Positions 41,841 through 54,893 of a DNA stretch of 64,000 bases are shown one piece after another. Where the stretch lies: the NCBI GenBank assembly GCA_964016885.1, contig OZ024740.1:380556001-380620000 (forward strand). The letters run 5' to 3'. Below the pieces are notes generated by a model. The model was not told the DNA's origin. It saw only the letters and a list, made by a program, of their open reading frames with translations, and did no database searches. Source of the stretch: Eledone cirrhosa (Eukaryota). Position 1 is the first letter of the stretch. The number at the start of each line of letters is the position of its first letter. The position numbers and the translations under genes are program-made.

Positions 41841-43396
41841 CCAATAAACATCTTTCTTTTATATTACGGTGTCGATAAAATAAAGTACCAGTAATGCACT
41901 GAGTTTTTGCTGGCCTTGTGCCTAACGTAGAAACAATTATATATATAAATATGCTATATAGTTATTTTCTATCTAGAGAAAAGAAGGGAAATAATTCTTT
42001 GAAGGGAGGTAACTCTTATTCATAATCTTTTAAATAACTTTTATTGATACGTTTTCATTTTACATTTTCTATAATGATACTAATGTCATCATTTTATTAA
42101 TGATACTAATGTCATCGACTCTTGATGAATAAAGTACACTGCTAGCCAGTATCACGGATTGTAGAGGAGGAGAAATTCAAATAAATGAGTGGAACACATT
42201 CTATTGACCCTAGAAATATAAATCGATCGTTTTATATGAAATTCGAACGAACAAAAAGGAAAGTGTGCAAGGTATTTAGTCTGGAACTTAATTGCATCTG
42301 CAACTTCCATGATCCTACAATGTCAACTATTGTTTTAACTCTTTATAATTTATTTTCACGACTTCTTTTAGATTCCTCACATATGTTTAAATCTCGCAAG
42401 GATCGCCTTTATGTCTCATCTTCCTAGTGTCAAATAGTTAAGAAGTTCGTTTCACAATCGGGAAGTTCCCATTCGATATCAATACATAGAACTTTGGGCT
42501 TTTAACATATCCCCATTATAAGGGAAATTAGGTAGATGGAAATTGTGGAGAAACTAGTCTGATGGGCTGTAACTGTAATTAAAAGGGTCAGCTTTACGCT
42601 GATTCGGCTTTAGAATAAGTTTAAGATTATATGTTTCTGAGTATGTCAGAGACACTTTCATGATAATCTAATGAGCCGAGCCTACAGTTGGTTGAACGAC
42701 TAAATGCACACCATCAGAGACGAAAGAGGATCCATTATCTAATGTGTTTATCTCTTTTATAAAGGTGATTTGAGGAGGATTCGACTGCTAAACAATACTC
42801 TACGGCAACCCCCGCCCGTAAAGCATACCATCCGTATCAGGTGTCTTCAACTTACAAGCCACTTCATGAGAGATAACGAACCTGTTACAAAACTTTTACT
42901 ATGGGAGCCGACTAATATGAAACGCAAACGCGAAAGACCTCTCAAGAAATTAAAGAAAGTCATTGAGGAAAATAGAGAATTATCCGGTGAAGAACTGAGA
43001 GAGCTAATGTTGGACTGTGTAAGATGAAAAGGTTTTATCATGTCACCACAATGAAGTGGATAATTTTAGTAGTAGTTGGTTGCTAATTCTCACACGTTGA
43101 GCAACCAGTTAGATCAATGTTTCTCCTTTTATTCTTTTGTCCTACGGTCCACTTCGATTAAAAAGTAAAAAATAACACGCTCGTTCCAATATGATCGGAC
43201 AACGTAATTATATAGCATAGTGTATATACGGCCCATTCTGAAGAGCCCAGTCCTACTTCTAGAAAAACTGATGTTAAGGTTCCTTCGGTGGTTCATTGTC
43301 AATATTATAAATAAACAGTCGAGTGAGTATATTATAATTTTCGCTCGACCCAATACGTGTTTTCTTTTTTACTTTGATACTTATTTCTGTGCTAAT

Positions 43397-43579
<183 letters not shown>

Positions 43580-43765
43580 ACGTACATACATATATGTATA
43601 CAGACGTATACACACATATATATATATGCACGTATCGGTTTACCGACCATTTATTATAATGCTTGGTTTGTTTGTTTGTAAACAAACAAACAAACAAACA
43701 GCCCGAATTACGCCGTACAGTGTTTAGGCAACCACGTCACCTTTTTGTTCAACACTGACACAGGA

Positions 43766-43808
43766 ACGATGTACTAGTTTCAAGCTTATTAGCTATCGTC
43801 AGCATCGT
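43766..43808 (-). ncRNA. Second, identical copy of the minimal type I hammerhead in inverted orientation
   Basis: Exact reverse complement of 44460-44502. Confidence 0.85.
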
Positions 43809-44459
43809 ATACCCTCCTGCCAGATGGCTGAACGTCTGAAAGTATATACTTTCCGTGTGCATATTAACGGCTGAGCAGCCCAATTTGCATATCGAGTGAG
43901 TTCAGTCGGCCGGGCACACCGAAAACGATAAATGGAATAGAATGAAACGAAATTTCATTTCTCACTCTTAGAACGGCGCTTACTTAAATGTAAGTATGTA
44001 TGTATCTATACGTACAATCATATATGTATACAGACGTACAGTAGTATGTATATATATACACACATGCACACATATATATATATATGCACGTATCGGTTTA
44101 CCGTACATTTATTATAATGCTCGGTTTGTTTGTTTGTAAACAAACAAACAAATGGTTAAACGTCTGAAAGTATATACTTTCCTTATGCATATTAACGGCT
44201 GAGCAGCCCAATTTGCATATCGAGTGAGTTCAGTCTGTATACATATATGTATGTACGTATACATACATACATACTTACATTTAAGTAAGTGCCGTTCTAA
44301 GAGTGAGAAATGAAATTTCGTTTCATTCTATTCCATTTATCGTTTTCGGTGTGCTCGGCCCACTGAACTCACTTGATATGCAAATTGGGCTCCTCAGCCG
44401 TTAATATGCATAAGGAAAGTATATACTTTCAGACGTTCAACCATCTGGCAGCAGGGTAT

Positions 44460-44502
44460 ACGATGCTGACGATAGCTAATAAGCTTGAAACTAGTACATC
44501 GT
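44460..44502 (+). ncRNA. Minimal type I hammerhead ribozyme
   Basis: Stem I ACGAUG/CAUCGU; CUGACGA 44466-72; stem II U-AGCU-aaua-AGCU-U (U.U closing); GAAA 44487-90; palindromic ACUAGU stem III; GUA 44494-96. Confidence 0.85.
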
Positions 44503-44908
44503 TCCTGTGTCAGTGTTGAACAAAAAGGTGACGTGGTTGCCTAAACACTGTACGGCGTAATTCGGGCTGTTTTTTTGTTTACAAACAAACAAACCGAGCA
44601 TTATAATAAATGTTCGGTAAACCGATACGTGCATATATATATGTGTGCATGTGTGTATATATATACATACTACTGTACGTCTGTATACATATATGTATGT
44701 ACGTATACATACATACTTACATTTAAGTAAGTGCCGTACTAAGAGTGAGAAATGAAATTTCGTTTCATTCTCTTCCATTTATATGTATATATATATATAT
44801 ATATAAAGGTTTACACAATATATATATATAAAGTCATAGATATATATGCGTTTTGCAACGGGTCACGTTGTGGCTCAATGAAGAATTAATAAATTAAATA
44901 ATCAGAGC

Positions 44909-45491
44909 TATATATCATAAAACATGTCTATAGAATCACTAGATAAAATATATACCGTTTCCTCTCCCAATTAGCATAATTAACCATATAAAAAATCAAT
45001 TAGACCAAGCTATAAGAATAAAGGCTCCTATGAAGGAATCTCCGACAAATAACCGAAAGCAGCCCCTTCGCGGCGGTTACGATTCTTAGCGATTCTTGGC
45101 GCGATCACTTTGGAAAATTGATTGTCTAAATTTGAGCTAACTCCTGATGAATCCGAAGCTCTGGGTGTCCCCTGTTATCGGATGTCTTAAAATACGGACG
45201 AAACCATGGTAGAGGTAATTAAATATGTACACATTTCTTCTAGTTTATTTTACACCTAATTGTGTTTAGTTGACTGTATATCTGGTCGATTTATACATGC
45301 TGTCGAAATGTTAGATAAATACTCTGTCGTAACCGCCGTGAAGGGGCTGCTTTCGGTTATTTGTCGGAGATTTCTTCATAGGAGCCTTTATTCTTATAGC
45401 TTGGTCTAATTGATTTTTTATATGGTTAATTATGCTAATTGGGAAAGGAAACGGTATATATTTTATCTAGTGATTCTATAGACATGTTTTA

Positions 45492-45500
<9 letters not shown>
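44909..45500. mobile_element. 174-bp inverted repeats (44909-45082 / 45327-45500) enclosing a hammerhead; Penelope-like inverted pLTR
   Basis: Arms are reverse complements with about three mismatches; the right arm runs into (TA)n; hammerhead at 45138-45217 in the spacer. Confidence 0.75.
45138..45217 (+). ncRNA. Type I hammerhead-like ribozyme with extended stem II
   Basis: UAACUC/GAGGUA stem I (one mismatch); CUGAUGA 45144-50; stem II a-UCCG...CGGA-c (A.C at the closing pair); GAAA 45200-03; palindrome ACCAUGGU; GUA 45209-11; AATTAAA just downstream. Confidence 0.7.
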
Positions 45501-45532
<32 letters not shown>

Positions 45533-48069
45533 AATTACGGTCTTTGATTTCCAGAACGAACCATTCTCTGTTAATGGTAATGATATTATAAACATTTGAA
45601 ATAACAAAACTGTTTTTAGATATTTTCTACTAAATCATTACATGATGTTAAGAGTTAAAGTAAATGTAGCATGGCCAAATAATTAAGAAGTCCCTTTCGC
45701 AATCATTAGGTCCCAGGTTCAACACTACTGCATAGCATCTTGGGAAATTTACCATAGTCGATTTTGAGTGAAATTGTGTAGATGGAAACTCTTTAGAAGC
45801 CCGCTGGACACATTTTACTTGCAATTCATAGTGCCAACCTGCTTGCACAGTGTGTTGATGTTGAATTTCCTGTCATGTTGAATTTCCCCGGAGAATTACG
45901 TTAATAGTACACGTATCAATAGAATACTCCATCAAAAACACGTTATTGACAACTGGATCACTCAATCTCGAAACCGACCGGGCGTCTATTCTTATTTCAA
46001 ACTGTCCTCTGTCCCACAGAGCTGCAACTTTTGAAAGAAACATTAACTGTTATCTCGCAGCTCTTCTACAGGCTGCAAAAACCCTTCCTCGAGACCTAGC
46101 TATATACAAACAAGATAAATAGAAAAAATAGCGAAATATAATCCTCAACCGACCGGAAAGAAATAGCTATAGTTATGACTGACAATTCTTATCAGTGGAA
46201 TCAACGAGTTAATAGGGAGTCATTTAAACAATGTCATTGGGTCCTCCCATTATTGATATGATGTTCTTGTTATGAACAGAAAATGACAGGCATGGAGGGA
46301 AGAAGTACAGTTCACTGGATAGGCTGAAAAGCAAAGGAGGAAATAAAATAGTAATAATGATAATAATGGTGTTAAAGGCTGTCCAGCGCTCCTGGGAGTG
46401 TTTTACTACGAAATTATTTTAATCGCTGCCATTTCAAACTTTTGGCTAATTTATATTTTACAAATTTAGTCATTTAACAGAGTTGTCTCCCTTTGAAACA
46501 ATTTTTTTTCTTTTTAAATAGATTTTTTTTCATATTTGACGTAGGGGGAATAACTCAGTTTCTGACAAACAAATTAAAGAATGTTAACACATGTATGATC
46601 ATAATAAACGTGAAGAGAGAATAAAGATGGGATTGAATAATTAGAGACCGAGAAAGCAGGGGTAAACTTAATTCGGTGATAGATCTCAGTTGTGTTCCAC
46701 GGACAAAATGACGGATGTATTGCCACAGAGAATAGCCAGCGACATCAGCTATTCCACTTTATGAGGCGAAATACACTTCTGATTTTGTGAATGGAAATGG
46801 TAGTCCGAGGGATTGTAGATGGCAATCGGCACGAAAACGATACGATCAGTGAAATGGCTGTATTTGGTTATCTTCTACTCCTCTGTGTTCGGGCTTTAAA
46901 GTCGAAGTGATAATGTTGAAACCGGAGTATGTACTTAGTAATTTACCCTCCTCAGACGAGAAAAGGTTTATCCCGTCTGGCGTTTACCGACTACGCGGTC
47001 AAGGCCAACAGATTCCAGCTGTGAAGGGAGGAAACCAGCCCAGTTGGATTGGCAGTATCGGAAGAGAGTCGAACACCATGCTTTGCAGCATAGTTATGGC
47101 CCTTTATGATCTGAGTTCAAATCCCGCCGAGCAAAACTTTGCCTTTCATCCCTACAGGGTCGATATATATATATATGGGGGTGGAGTGGTATCGCTTGCT
47201 CAATGTGCCACGCCGAGGGACTGAATATGAAATCATGTGCTTGCGAAGCGAATTCCTAACCAGACAGTCAAACCTGCACATATATGTCACACCTGACAAG
47301 AAATAATTGTTAATTTTTGCTGTTAGCTCTTATTAGGTGTCTCTTCACATCTCCTTGTTTTTAGCAATTGGTCAAGAGTTCTTGGCCGAACTCTCCTTCA
47401 TCCCATTTAGCTTCACGTCTGCCATATGCTATGGGTTTCTCTCACCATCCGTGTCGTATGACAAAGGAAATGACTTACGTGGAGGAAGGCAGGGGCACGC
47501 CAAGCATGCGAATGTCTGTTTTTGTACTTGTGTCTTCCCTAAGAGTACAATGATCCGGTGGGTATTCACTAGTTCTCAAATTAGTTGGGAAGAATGACCA
47601 GCCAGTCATAAACAGCAGGAATAATCGGTAACATCAGGGATAATGACATTAATTTATTCAACTGATTCATATCAAAAGAACAACGATGTTTAGCCAGATA
47701 ACGAAACGTCTAATATGATAATTAATATGTATGTTATCTCCCAAATAAGCTAAGTTAAATTCATGTCCCTTATTTGACACAACTAAATATAAAATAAAAG
47801 CGTAATAGCCGAAAGATATGCGAAACAAACAAAAATATAGCGCTAGTAACAAACGATTTCTTAATTAGACATGGAACCTAGTTACTATGTATGGTGAAAT
47901 TTACTGCTTCGCCCAGACATGACTTAGGAATTCACTTTATTATCTCATAGTTATTGCTAATAAGATTTTTGTTTTATCAGCTATTATACTTTTAGGTTTG
48001 TATCAGTCCCGGTATAGTATATGTTGGGTGTAGTAGGTGTGTGTTGCAAACATGATAAACTATACTCCG

Positions 48070-48225
48070 TAGTACCGAAGCTGCGGCTGTATCTGGAGCG
48101 ACTCCCCGATCTCCGAGCTGTGCACCATATCGAGTAAGATTATTCCAAAGACCCTTCGAAGGAATCCCATTTCGACCGCTTATATTCGCGATCGTATTCT
48201 TTCGGTCATTATCCAAGATTCATGA
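48070..48225 (-). mobile_element. RTE (Expander-like) RT C-terminal fragment
   Basis: MTERIRSRI*AVEMGFLRRVFGIILLDMVHSSEIGESLQIQP. Confidence 0.75.
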
Positions 48226-48624
48226 TCTTAAGTAAGTGTGTGCACGTACACCGAATTGGTAAACTCATCTTAAATATTAAACTCACTTGATAATATAACT
48301 ATCGAAACAAGAAACTAATTTGTCTTACCCTGTTATGAAATAATGTGGCTATTATTCTAAGAAACAGTACATACAACACAGCTAATCATGGTTATGGCAT
48401 TGGACAGATTTCAGAAAAATGTGAGGGCGACAAAAATCAGGTACAAAGAGTGTGCGGAATTCCACAAACCTACATTTGTGTTCATTGAAAATTCTTTAAC
48501 TAAAAATTATTTTCCTTATAGTAATTCGGTCCTTGTAATATCGTGGTATAATTTGATTGTAATTTGTTTTCAAATTTAACAATAAACACTCAGAAACAAA
48601 GATGTCATGCATATTTTTAAGTAA

Positions 48625-48840
48625 TGATTTCTAGTATAGGAACAAGGTCAATAATTTTGGGGGAGGGGAAAGTCGATTAAATCGACCCCAGTACGTTACT
48701 GGTGCTTTATTTTATCGACCCCGTAAGGATGAAAGGCAAAGTTAACCTCAGCAGGATTTGAACTCAGACCATAAAGGACCGTAACTCTATGCTGCAAGCA
48801 TGGTGTCCGACTCTCTACCGATACTGCCAATCCACCACCC
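48625..48840 (-). mobile_element. SINE family A
   Basis: Full-length reverse-complement match; imperfect TSD ATAT(T/A)TTTAAGTAAT. Confidence 0.85.
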
Positions 48841-49199
48841 TATATATATTTAAGTAATTTTTATGTCAGTGTAGTAGAAGCACATTTCTCAGTACACACA
48901 GTGATAATAAACACTATACACTCTAATGTAACTCAATTACACAAATGAACCTACCATATTGTTTTACATAAATAGAAAAGCAGGACATGTTAATTGATGC
49001 ATGATGAATGTAGAACAATTAAATTAAGATATTTTAGGTTAGGAATCAGAGGAAGACAATACTAGAAGATAAATTTATTAGAAATGAACTATGTAGCTAT
49101 GTGACAAAAGGGATATTGATTTCTAGCATAGACACAAGGACAATTCTGGGGAGAGATACTATATCGATTATATCTTCGATCACAGCATTTTATTTTTAC

Positions 49200-50388
49200 T
49201 TATTTTATTGACACCGGAAGTCTCGCATTGAAGTCTCCCATTAGGATATATGAGTCAGTTTTAATTACATCTAACGCTACAGTAACTTCATCAAGAAAGG
49301 ATCTATAATCGGACTCCTTGTTTGATGCATAAACTTGCACCACCCACAGAGACATATCTTTCAGTCTAAGCTTCAAGCAGCAAATCTTCATTCCTAATGG
49401 TATCCAGTCGGTAACTCATTCTGACAGCCAGGGTCTTGTGAGTATCCCCACTCCCGCCTGTGCAGTTATTTCTTGCGCCACACCTAAATAGTGAAGTTTC
49501 TATCCTTCATCCAAATCTACAGTACCAGAGCCACGGAAATTTGTTGAGGAAACTCCTACTATATCCAGCCGGTAGCATCTAGCCTCCCCCACTAGATCCT
49601 GCTCCTTACCTGTGAGGGCTGTGATGTTCCAGGTTCCAATTGTTAAGGGTGCATACTGTCACCTAACCTGGTAATTAGTTTCATGAACAGGATTGACATG
49701 TACATCCGGTTTGGAAGTGGTATCACGACCGGCAGGTGTAGGATAAGTCGGCTGGAATTTGCAGACGATATGGTATTACTTAACTCCCCAGAAGGGGATC
49801 TCCGAAATACACTTAATAGTTTTAATGTCGTGCGCTGCATGGCTGGAATGAAAATCAGTGTTACGAAGACTGAGACACTCGTCATCTCAAGGAATTCTGT
49901 GCAGTGCACTATTCATGTGAATGGAGTTCCACTGAATTAGGTGGAGCAGTTCATGTATCTCGGGCCGTTTCGCGAGTGATGGAAAGCAGGAGGCTGAATT
50001 AAGTGTAAGAACTGCAGGAGCGGGTGCAGTATGTGTCAACTTCAACATTCAGTAATCAGAAGAAGGGGGAGGGGGGTCAAACTCGCGATCTTCAATTCGT
50101 GCCAACTCTTACCTATGGGCATGTGGTCAGAATGTGACAGGAAAGAATCGCTGGACAGATTTTACGGGCAAAATCAACGGGCAGTAGACCCGGAAGCAGA
50201 CCTCGAGCAAGATGGCTGGAAAACATCTATGAGCTCGGCTGTTCTTGTTTGGGGATCCAGCCGGATAAATGGGAAACGGTTGTTTCTGCCATGGCTCGCT
50301 GGAAGGAGTGTTTGCAGATACTTCTCCCACAACCCCCTCAAAAAGAAGAAGAAGAAGAAGAAGAAGAAGAAGAAGAAGAAGAAGAAGA
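49200..50388 (+). mobile_element. RTE LINE with inverted endonuclease segment (49200-49640, minus), RT/3' segment (49670-50340, plus) and (AAG)n tail
   Basis: Minus: GTWNITALTGKEQ...VVQVYA...ILMGDFNA. Plus: LEFADDMVLL...GMKISVTKTE...FMYLG. Confidence 0.85.
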
Positions 50389-51726
50389 AATTGTGTCTGA
50401 ATTGTGTCTAACATATTTAAGAAGCGGGAATGCGGGTGCTCTGTAGTGTAATCACGAGCATGGTCACCTAGCAATCAATACATATATGGTATTAGTTTCG
50501 CCAGTGGTCTTGGTGGCTTTTTTTCTGTAAAATAGAGTGTGACAAGAGCATATAAGAAAATACAGGGACGGGTGGAAAACATGCACAACACCTTTACTGT
50601 AGTGGTCCTCAGAGTAATCGATGTCAATCTTTATTATCTATATATTTTATCTTTTGGTTATATATGTATTTATTTTCGTACATACCAGTGGTCGATTAGG
50701 ATTAAGGATTCCATGAGAGGGTACATGTTCTATAAAGTTTGGGATAATCTAATAATTATTCGTTTGATTATTCCTTCGTTAGAATGTAACTATCTCAATG
50801 TGGATGCGCGAGACGTATAACGCGATGTGTCAGACCTGTCAACTGTCCCCATCCGACGGGGAGATCTCCCACCCACTTTGGGGTTTGTGAGAGTTGTCTT
50901 CTTTTGTGAAAATGGGTATAGATTTCATTATTTAGAATCTCCCCATTTTACCTCATTTCTCCCCGTTTTGGGGCACCTTTTTTCATGGTACTCTCCGTTT
51001 GGGTTTTTAGTTGTTGGTAGCTCTGAAATGTTGATAATGTAATATCAGGCGAGAAAATTTGCTATAATTTATATACTAGGTCGACAACATGATGTCACAG
51101 TATGTGACTAATAATCAAATTCTAGTAAGTGACTGAATAGTGTAACAGCAAAATATACTCAAGCTATTTCCTGTTGTTATCACCTAAGATTGAACTTCGC
51201 TGACTTGTTAAATGTCTCACTAGTCTACTAAATTAGAGTGTCTTAGAAAAACATCCGGTGAATATACGGACGTACATAAATATCCTACCTACATACAGAA
51301 ATACGTATATATACATATATAAAAATATAAATGTGTTGGACTTTCGTCGATTCCAACGACGAGTGTTCCAGTTATTTGACCGATGGAACAACCTGCTCGT
51401 GAAATTAACTTGCATGTAGCTAAGCATTTCATAGACACATGCATCTTTAATGTAGCTCTCAGGGAGATTGAGCGTGACACAGTATGTGACAATGTTATCC
51501 CTTTAAATTACAAATGCAACTCATTTATTTTCAGCTGAGTGGATTGCAGCAACGTGTTATGAAGTATTTTATTCCTCAAGGACACAACAAATTGCTGGTA
51601 TTCGCAATCACGGCCTGACAATCGTTAGCCGAACACCTTAATCACTAAGCCACGCACCTTCATACAAATAAACATACATATGGAACAGAGTTTTGTAGCT
51701 TGCTTGAAGCATTGTTGAACAGGAAA

Positions 51727-51896
51727 CACAAATTTAAATTTTGAAAGCCAATGCGTTAGGGAGAACATTAGATCGCCAAGATAACAAAAGAATCTTACCT
51801 TAACAAATATAAAAAAAACATTATCAAGGGAGTAACCTTAAGGCGATCAAATGTTCTCCCTAACACATTGTTTGGCTTTCAAAATTTAAATTTGTG
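51727..51896. repeat. ~53-bp inverted repeat following a possible Penelope GIY-YIG C-terminal remnant
   Basis: CACAAATTTAAATTTTGAAAGCCAA...GATCGCC / GGCGATC...TTGGCTTTCAAAATTTAAATTTGTG; the overlapping + frame reads LLEALLNRKHKFKF*. Confidence 0.6.
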
Positions 51897-52134
51897 CTTT
51901 ATACATATAGGAATTCAGACACACCGGGAAAAAAAATAACACGAGTAAATAACCTGGAATTCTTTTTAACAGAATCTGAACTTGGTATTCTAGGATTTAT
52001 TTTAGTGAATAGCCAATTTCTCTCGTAAATACAAAATAATTACTAGTCTTATGAGTATATAGACTTTTAAAATACCTTTATAAACTAGTCCTTCATGTTG
52101 GTAGAGCCATTAAAGTATACTATTATATAATTGG

Positions 52135-52632
52135 TAAAGTACCAGTCACGCACTGGGGTCGATTTAATCGACTTTGCCCTCCCCAAAAATTGCTGGCCTT
52201 GTGCCAAAAGTAGAAACAATTATATAATTGGTAAGATGGCGCTGGATTGGCAGTATACGTGCTTTGCGGCATAGAGTTACGCCCCTTTACGTTCTGAGTT
52301 CAAATTCCAACATTCATCCTTGCGGGATTGATAAAATAAAGTATCAGTAACGTTCTGGGTCGATTTAATCGACTTTCACCTCCCCTAATCGTTTCTAAAT
52401 CAGAAACCATTATATATTTAAGAGGACATTGGATTTGCAGTATAGGTAGAGTGTTAGACAGCATGCATGCGGCATAAAGTTACGTCTCATTACGTTCCGA
52501 CTTCAAATTCCGCCTCGGTAAGCTTTGCCTTTCATCCTTCCGGAGTCGATAAAATATAGTGTGAGTAACGCATTTAATCGACTTTTCCATCCCTCAAAAT
52601 CCTTGGCCTTGGACCTAAATCAGAAACCATTA
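52135..52632 (+). mobile_element. Cluster of three head-to-tail SINE family A copies
   Basis: The 3' end ...AGAAAC(A/C)ATTA occurs at ~52220, ~52410 and ~52630. Confidence 0.8.
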
Positions 52633-53120
52633 ATAAACAAGTATCATGCCCATGGTCACAAAGCATCGCTGGGAATCGATCTCACGACCTTACGATTGTG
52701 AACTGAACAACCTTACTGATATCTCACGCATCTTCACACACACGAAAACACACAAACACAGAAATATCTCAACGAGAAACACGAATTGCTTTTTGATTAT
52801 GGACATGTGCACGTGTGTGTTTGCGCTTACTCAGCTTAATCAATGCTGTTTGTTTATTCTCTGTAACTTACAGTTCGACAAATACAGATCGATAAGAATA
52901 AGTACTAGATCGATATGATAGACTAAATCCTTCAAGGCGGTGCTCCTGTATAAGCTTCAGCCCAATAAAATAAAGTACCACTTAAGTATGTATGGATCCA
53001 TATCTCACGATAAAGTCATAGAGACACTCTGGTGACACACGGTGTTTCTTAGACATTTTAAATCTGCCGGAGCGCATCCCTTTCCAGGTCTAAACACAGC
53101 TGATTTCTTCCGGAGAGAGT

Positions 53121-53161
<41 letters not shown>

Positions 53162-53940
53162 TTAGATAGATATGATAAATATATATATATAGAGAGAAGG
53201 GGGGGGGGGACTCAACCTCAGTACTGAATTGCTACTTTCTATCAACCTCGAAAAGTAAAAAGCAAAGTTGCCCTCAGCTGGTTTTGACCCCAGAGACCCG
53301 GAACGAATACCGCAAAGCATTCCCTCCAACAGCTCTGTCTATTGGCCAACTATATGTGTTAAGTACTGATCTCGATATAATTGAATTTTTTTTGTCTAAC
53401 TTAGAAATCATTTCTGTATGTTGTGTTGTATTAACTCTATCCAGTATTTTGAGAAGCCAAGAGAGTGAAACAACTGGTTCCGTTTTCGGTACAAAATAAA
53501 TGGATATAAGTGTGTGTGTGTGTGTGTGTACGCTTACATATACATACTTACATACTTAATGGCTGCATCTCCGTTTCGAGAATTGCCATCCCATGACAAT
53601 TTTCTCATACACGGGTGGCATGAAAATGCTATTTTAGCCCTCCAATGATTTAGATTCCTTTCTGCATATGCTGATAAAAGCAGACATCACTTGATCTATA
53701 AAAGCTTCAAGCCCAGGCGAAGAACATATCAACATCACTGGCTACCATCGAGACGTAGGCTTTACATCAGAGTTTCCCTTCTCCTAGAATGATGTCCTAA
53801 CAAGGACTAGGAGTCTCTCATTCCCGATGGAACAGTCGCGCACTCGGGCACAACCAGAATATTTCCATGTTCCCGCAAATACATATATACGTACACAAAT
53901 ACACATTTATATCTATCTATTATGAACTGAAAACTATATA

Positions 53941-54005
<65 letters not shown>

Positions 54006-54153
54006 CACACATATATATGGGCTTTGTGATGATTTCTCCCAAAATGAAACAGTTCTAGTCCTGTAGAAGCTATTTCTATATTAAATATTTTTACTCTGGT
54101 ATGTATTGAGTACCTTACTTACTGTGGTTACCCCCGATTGAACCCTGGATAAA

Positions 54154-54225
<72 letters not shown>

Positions 54226-54237
54226 TACATATATATA

Positions 54238-54736
54238 TATTTACTAAACCTTGTTTATATTTGTTCTGGCTCGTTAATTTATTAACCCGCCATTGAACCA
54301 CACTGGCACTTGGTTGGACAACACATGCGTACCTTGGCGCCTTGTGCGTGAAAGGACGTATTTCATATTACTACTACCTCCACATACGTTGAGAACAAAC
54401 CGGGTCATTCCGACTGCTGCTGATAACAGCGGTGGCTAGTTCGACCTACCTCCTTTTGCCTCTATCTTTACTACGGCCCTTGATAAACCTGTTCTACATC
54501 ATCCACTCTCATCCCAGGAACAGTCTTTGATAGCGCTAGTTTGTGATTTAAATTCAGGAATTTTATATTCTTTGAATGAAAAGAACCTTCTGACGAGAAT
54601 CTCTCTTTGCAACGAAGGCCGTATGGTCTCCGTTTTATTTTTGGGATTCGAAACCGATCGGTAAAGGTAACTATAGTAGGTAAAGTCAATTTTTTAAAAT
54701 TTATTTTGAAACTTTTTCATTATTTACTAAACCTTG

Positions 54737-54738
<2 letters not shown>
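54238..54738 (+). mobile_element. 483-bp hammerhead-bearing unit with an 18-bp terminal direct repeat, inside a (TA)n tract
   Basis: TATTTACTAAACCTTGTT at 54238-54255 and 54721-54738; long (TA)n on both sides; no coding ORF. Confidence 0.8.
54585..54668 (+). ncRNA. Type I hammerhead ribozyme, complete core
   Basis: Stem I ACCUU(54585-89)/AAGGU(54664-68); CUGACGA 54590-96; stem II GAAUCUC/GGGAUUC (7 bp, one GU) with a 39-nt loop; GAAA 54650-53; palindromic stem III ACCGAUCGGU; GUA triplet 54661-63. Confidence 0.9.
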
Positions 54739-54799
<61 letters not shown>

Positions 54800-54823
54800 C
54801 ATATATATATATATATATATATG

Positions 54824-54893
<70 letters not shown>

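Noticed and set aside
44345-44402. CUGAGGA-GCCCA...UGGGC on the minus strand as a second hammerhead in the 450-bp unit
   Set aside because: No GAAA/UH after the helix, and the other copies read CUGAGCA.
46870-46965. Minus-strand CUGAGGA-GGG...CCC-GAAC
   Set aside because: GAAC instead of GAAA, and no stem I or III complementarity.
47996-48230. CpG-rich segment bounded by TTTTAG and GTAAGT that looks like a + strand exon
   Set aside because: All three frames from the acceptor hit stops, and the minus strand encodes an RTE RT C-terminal remnant.
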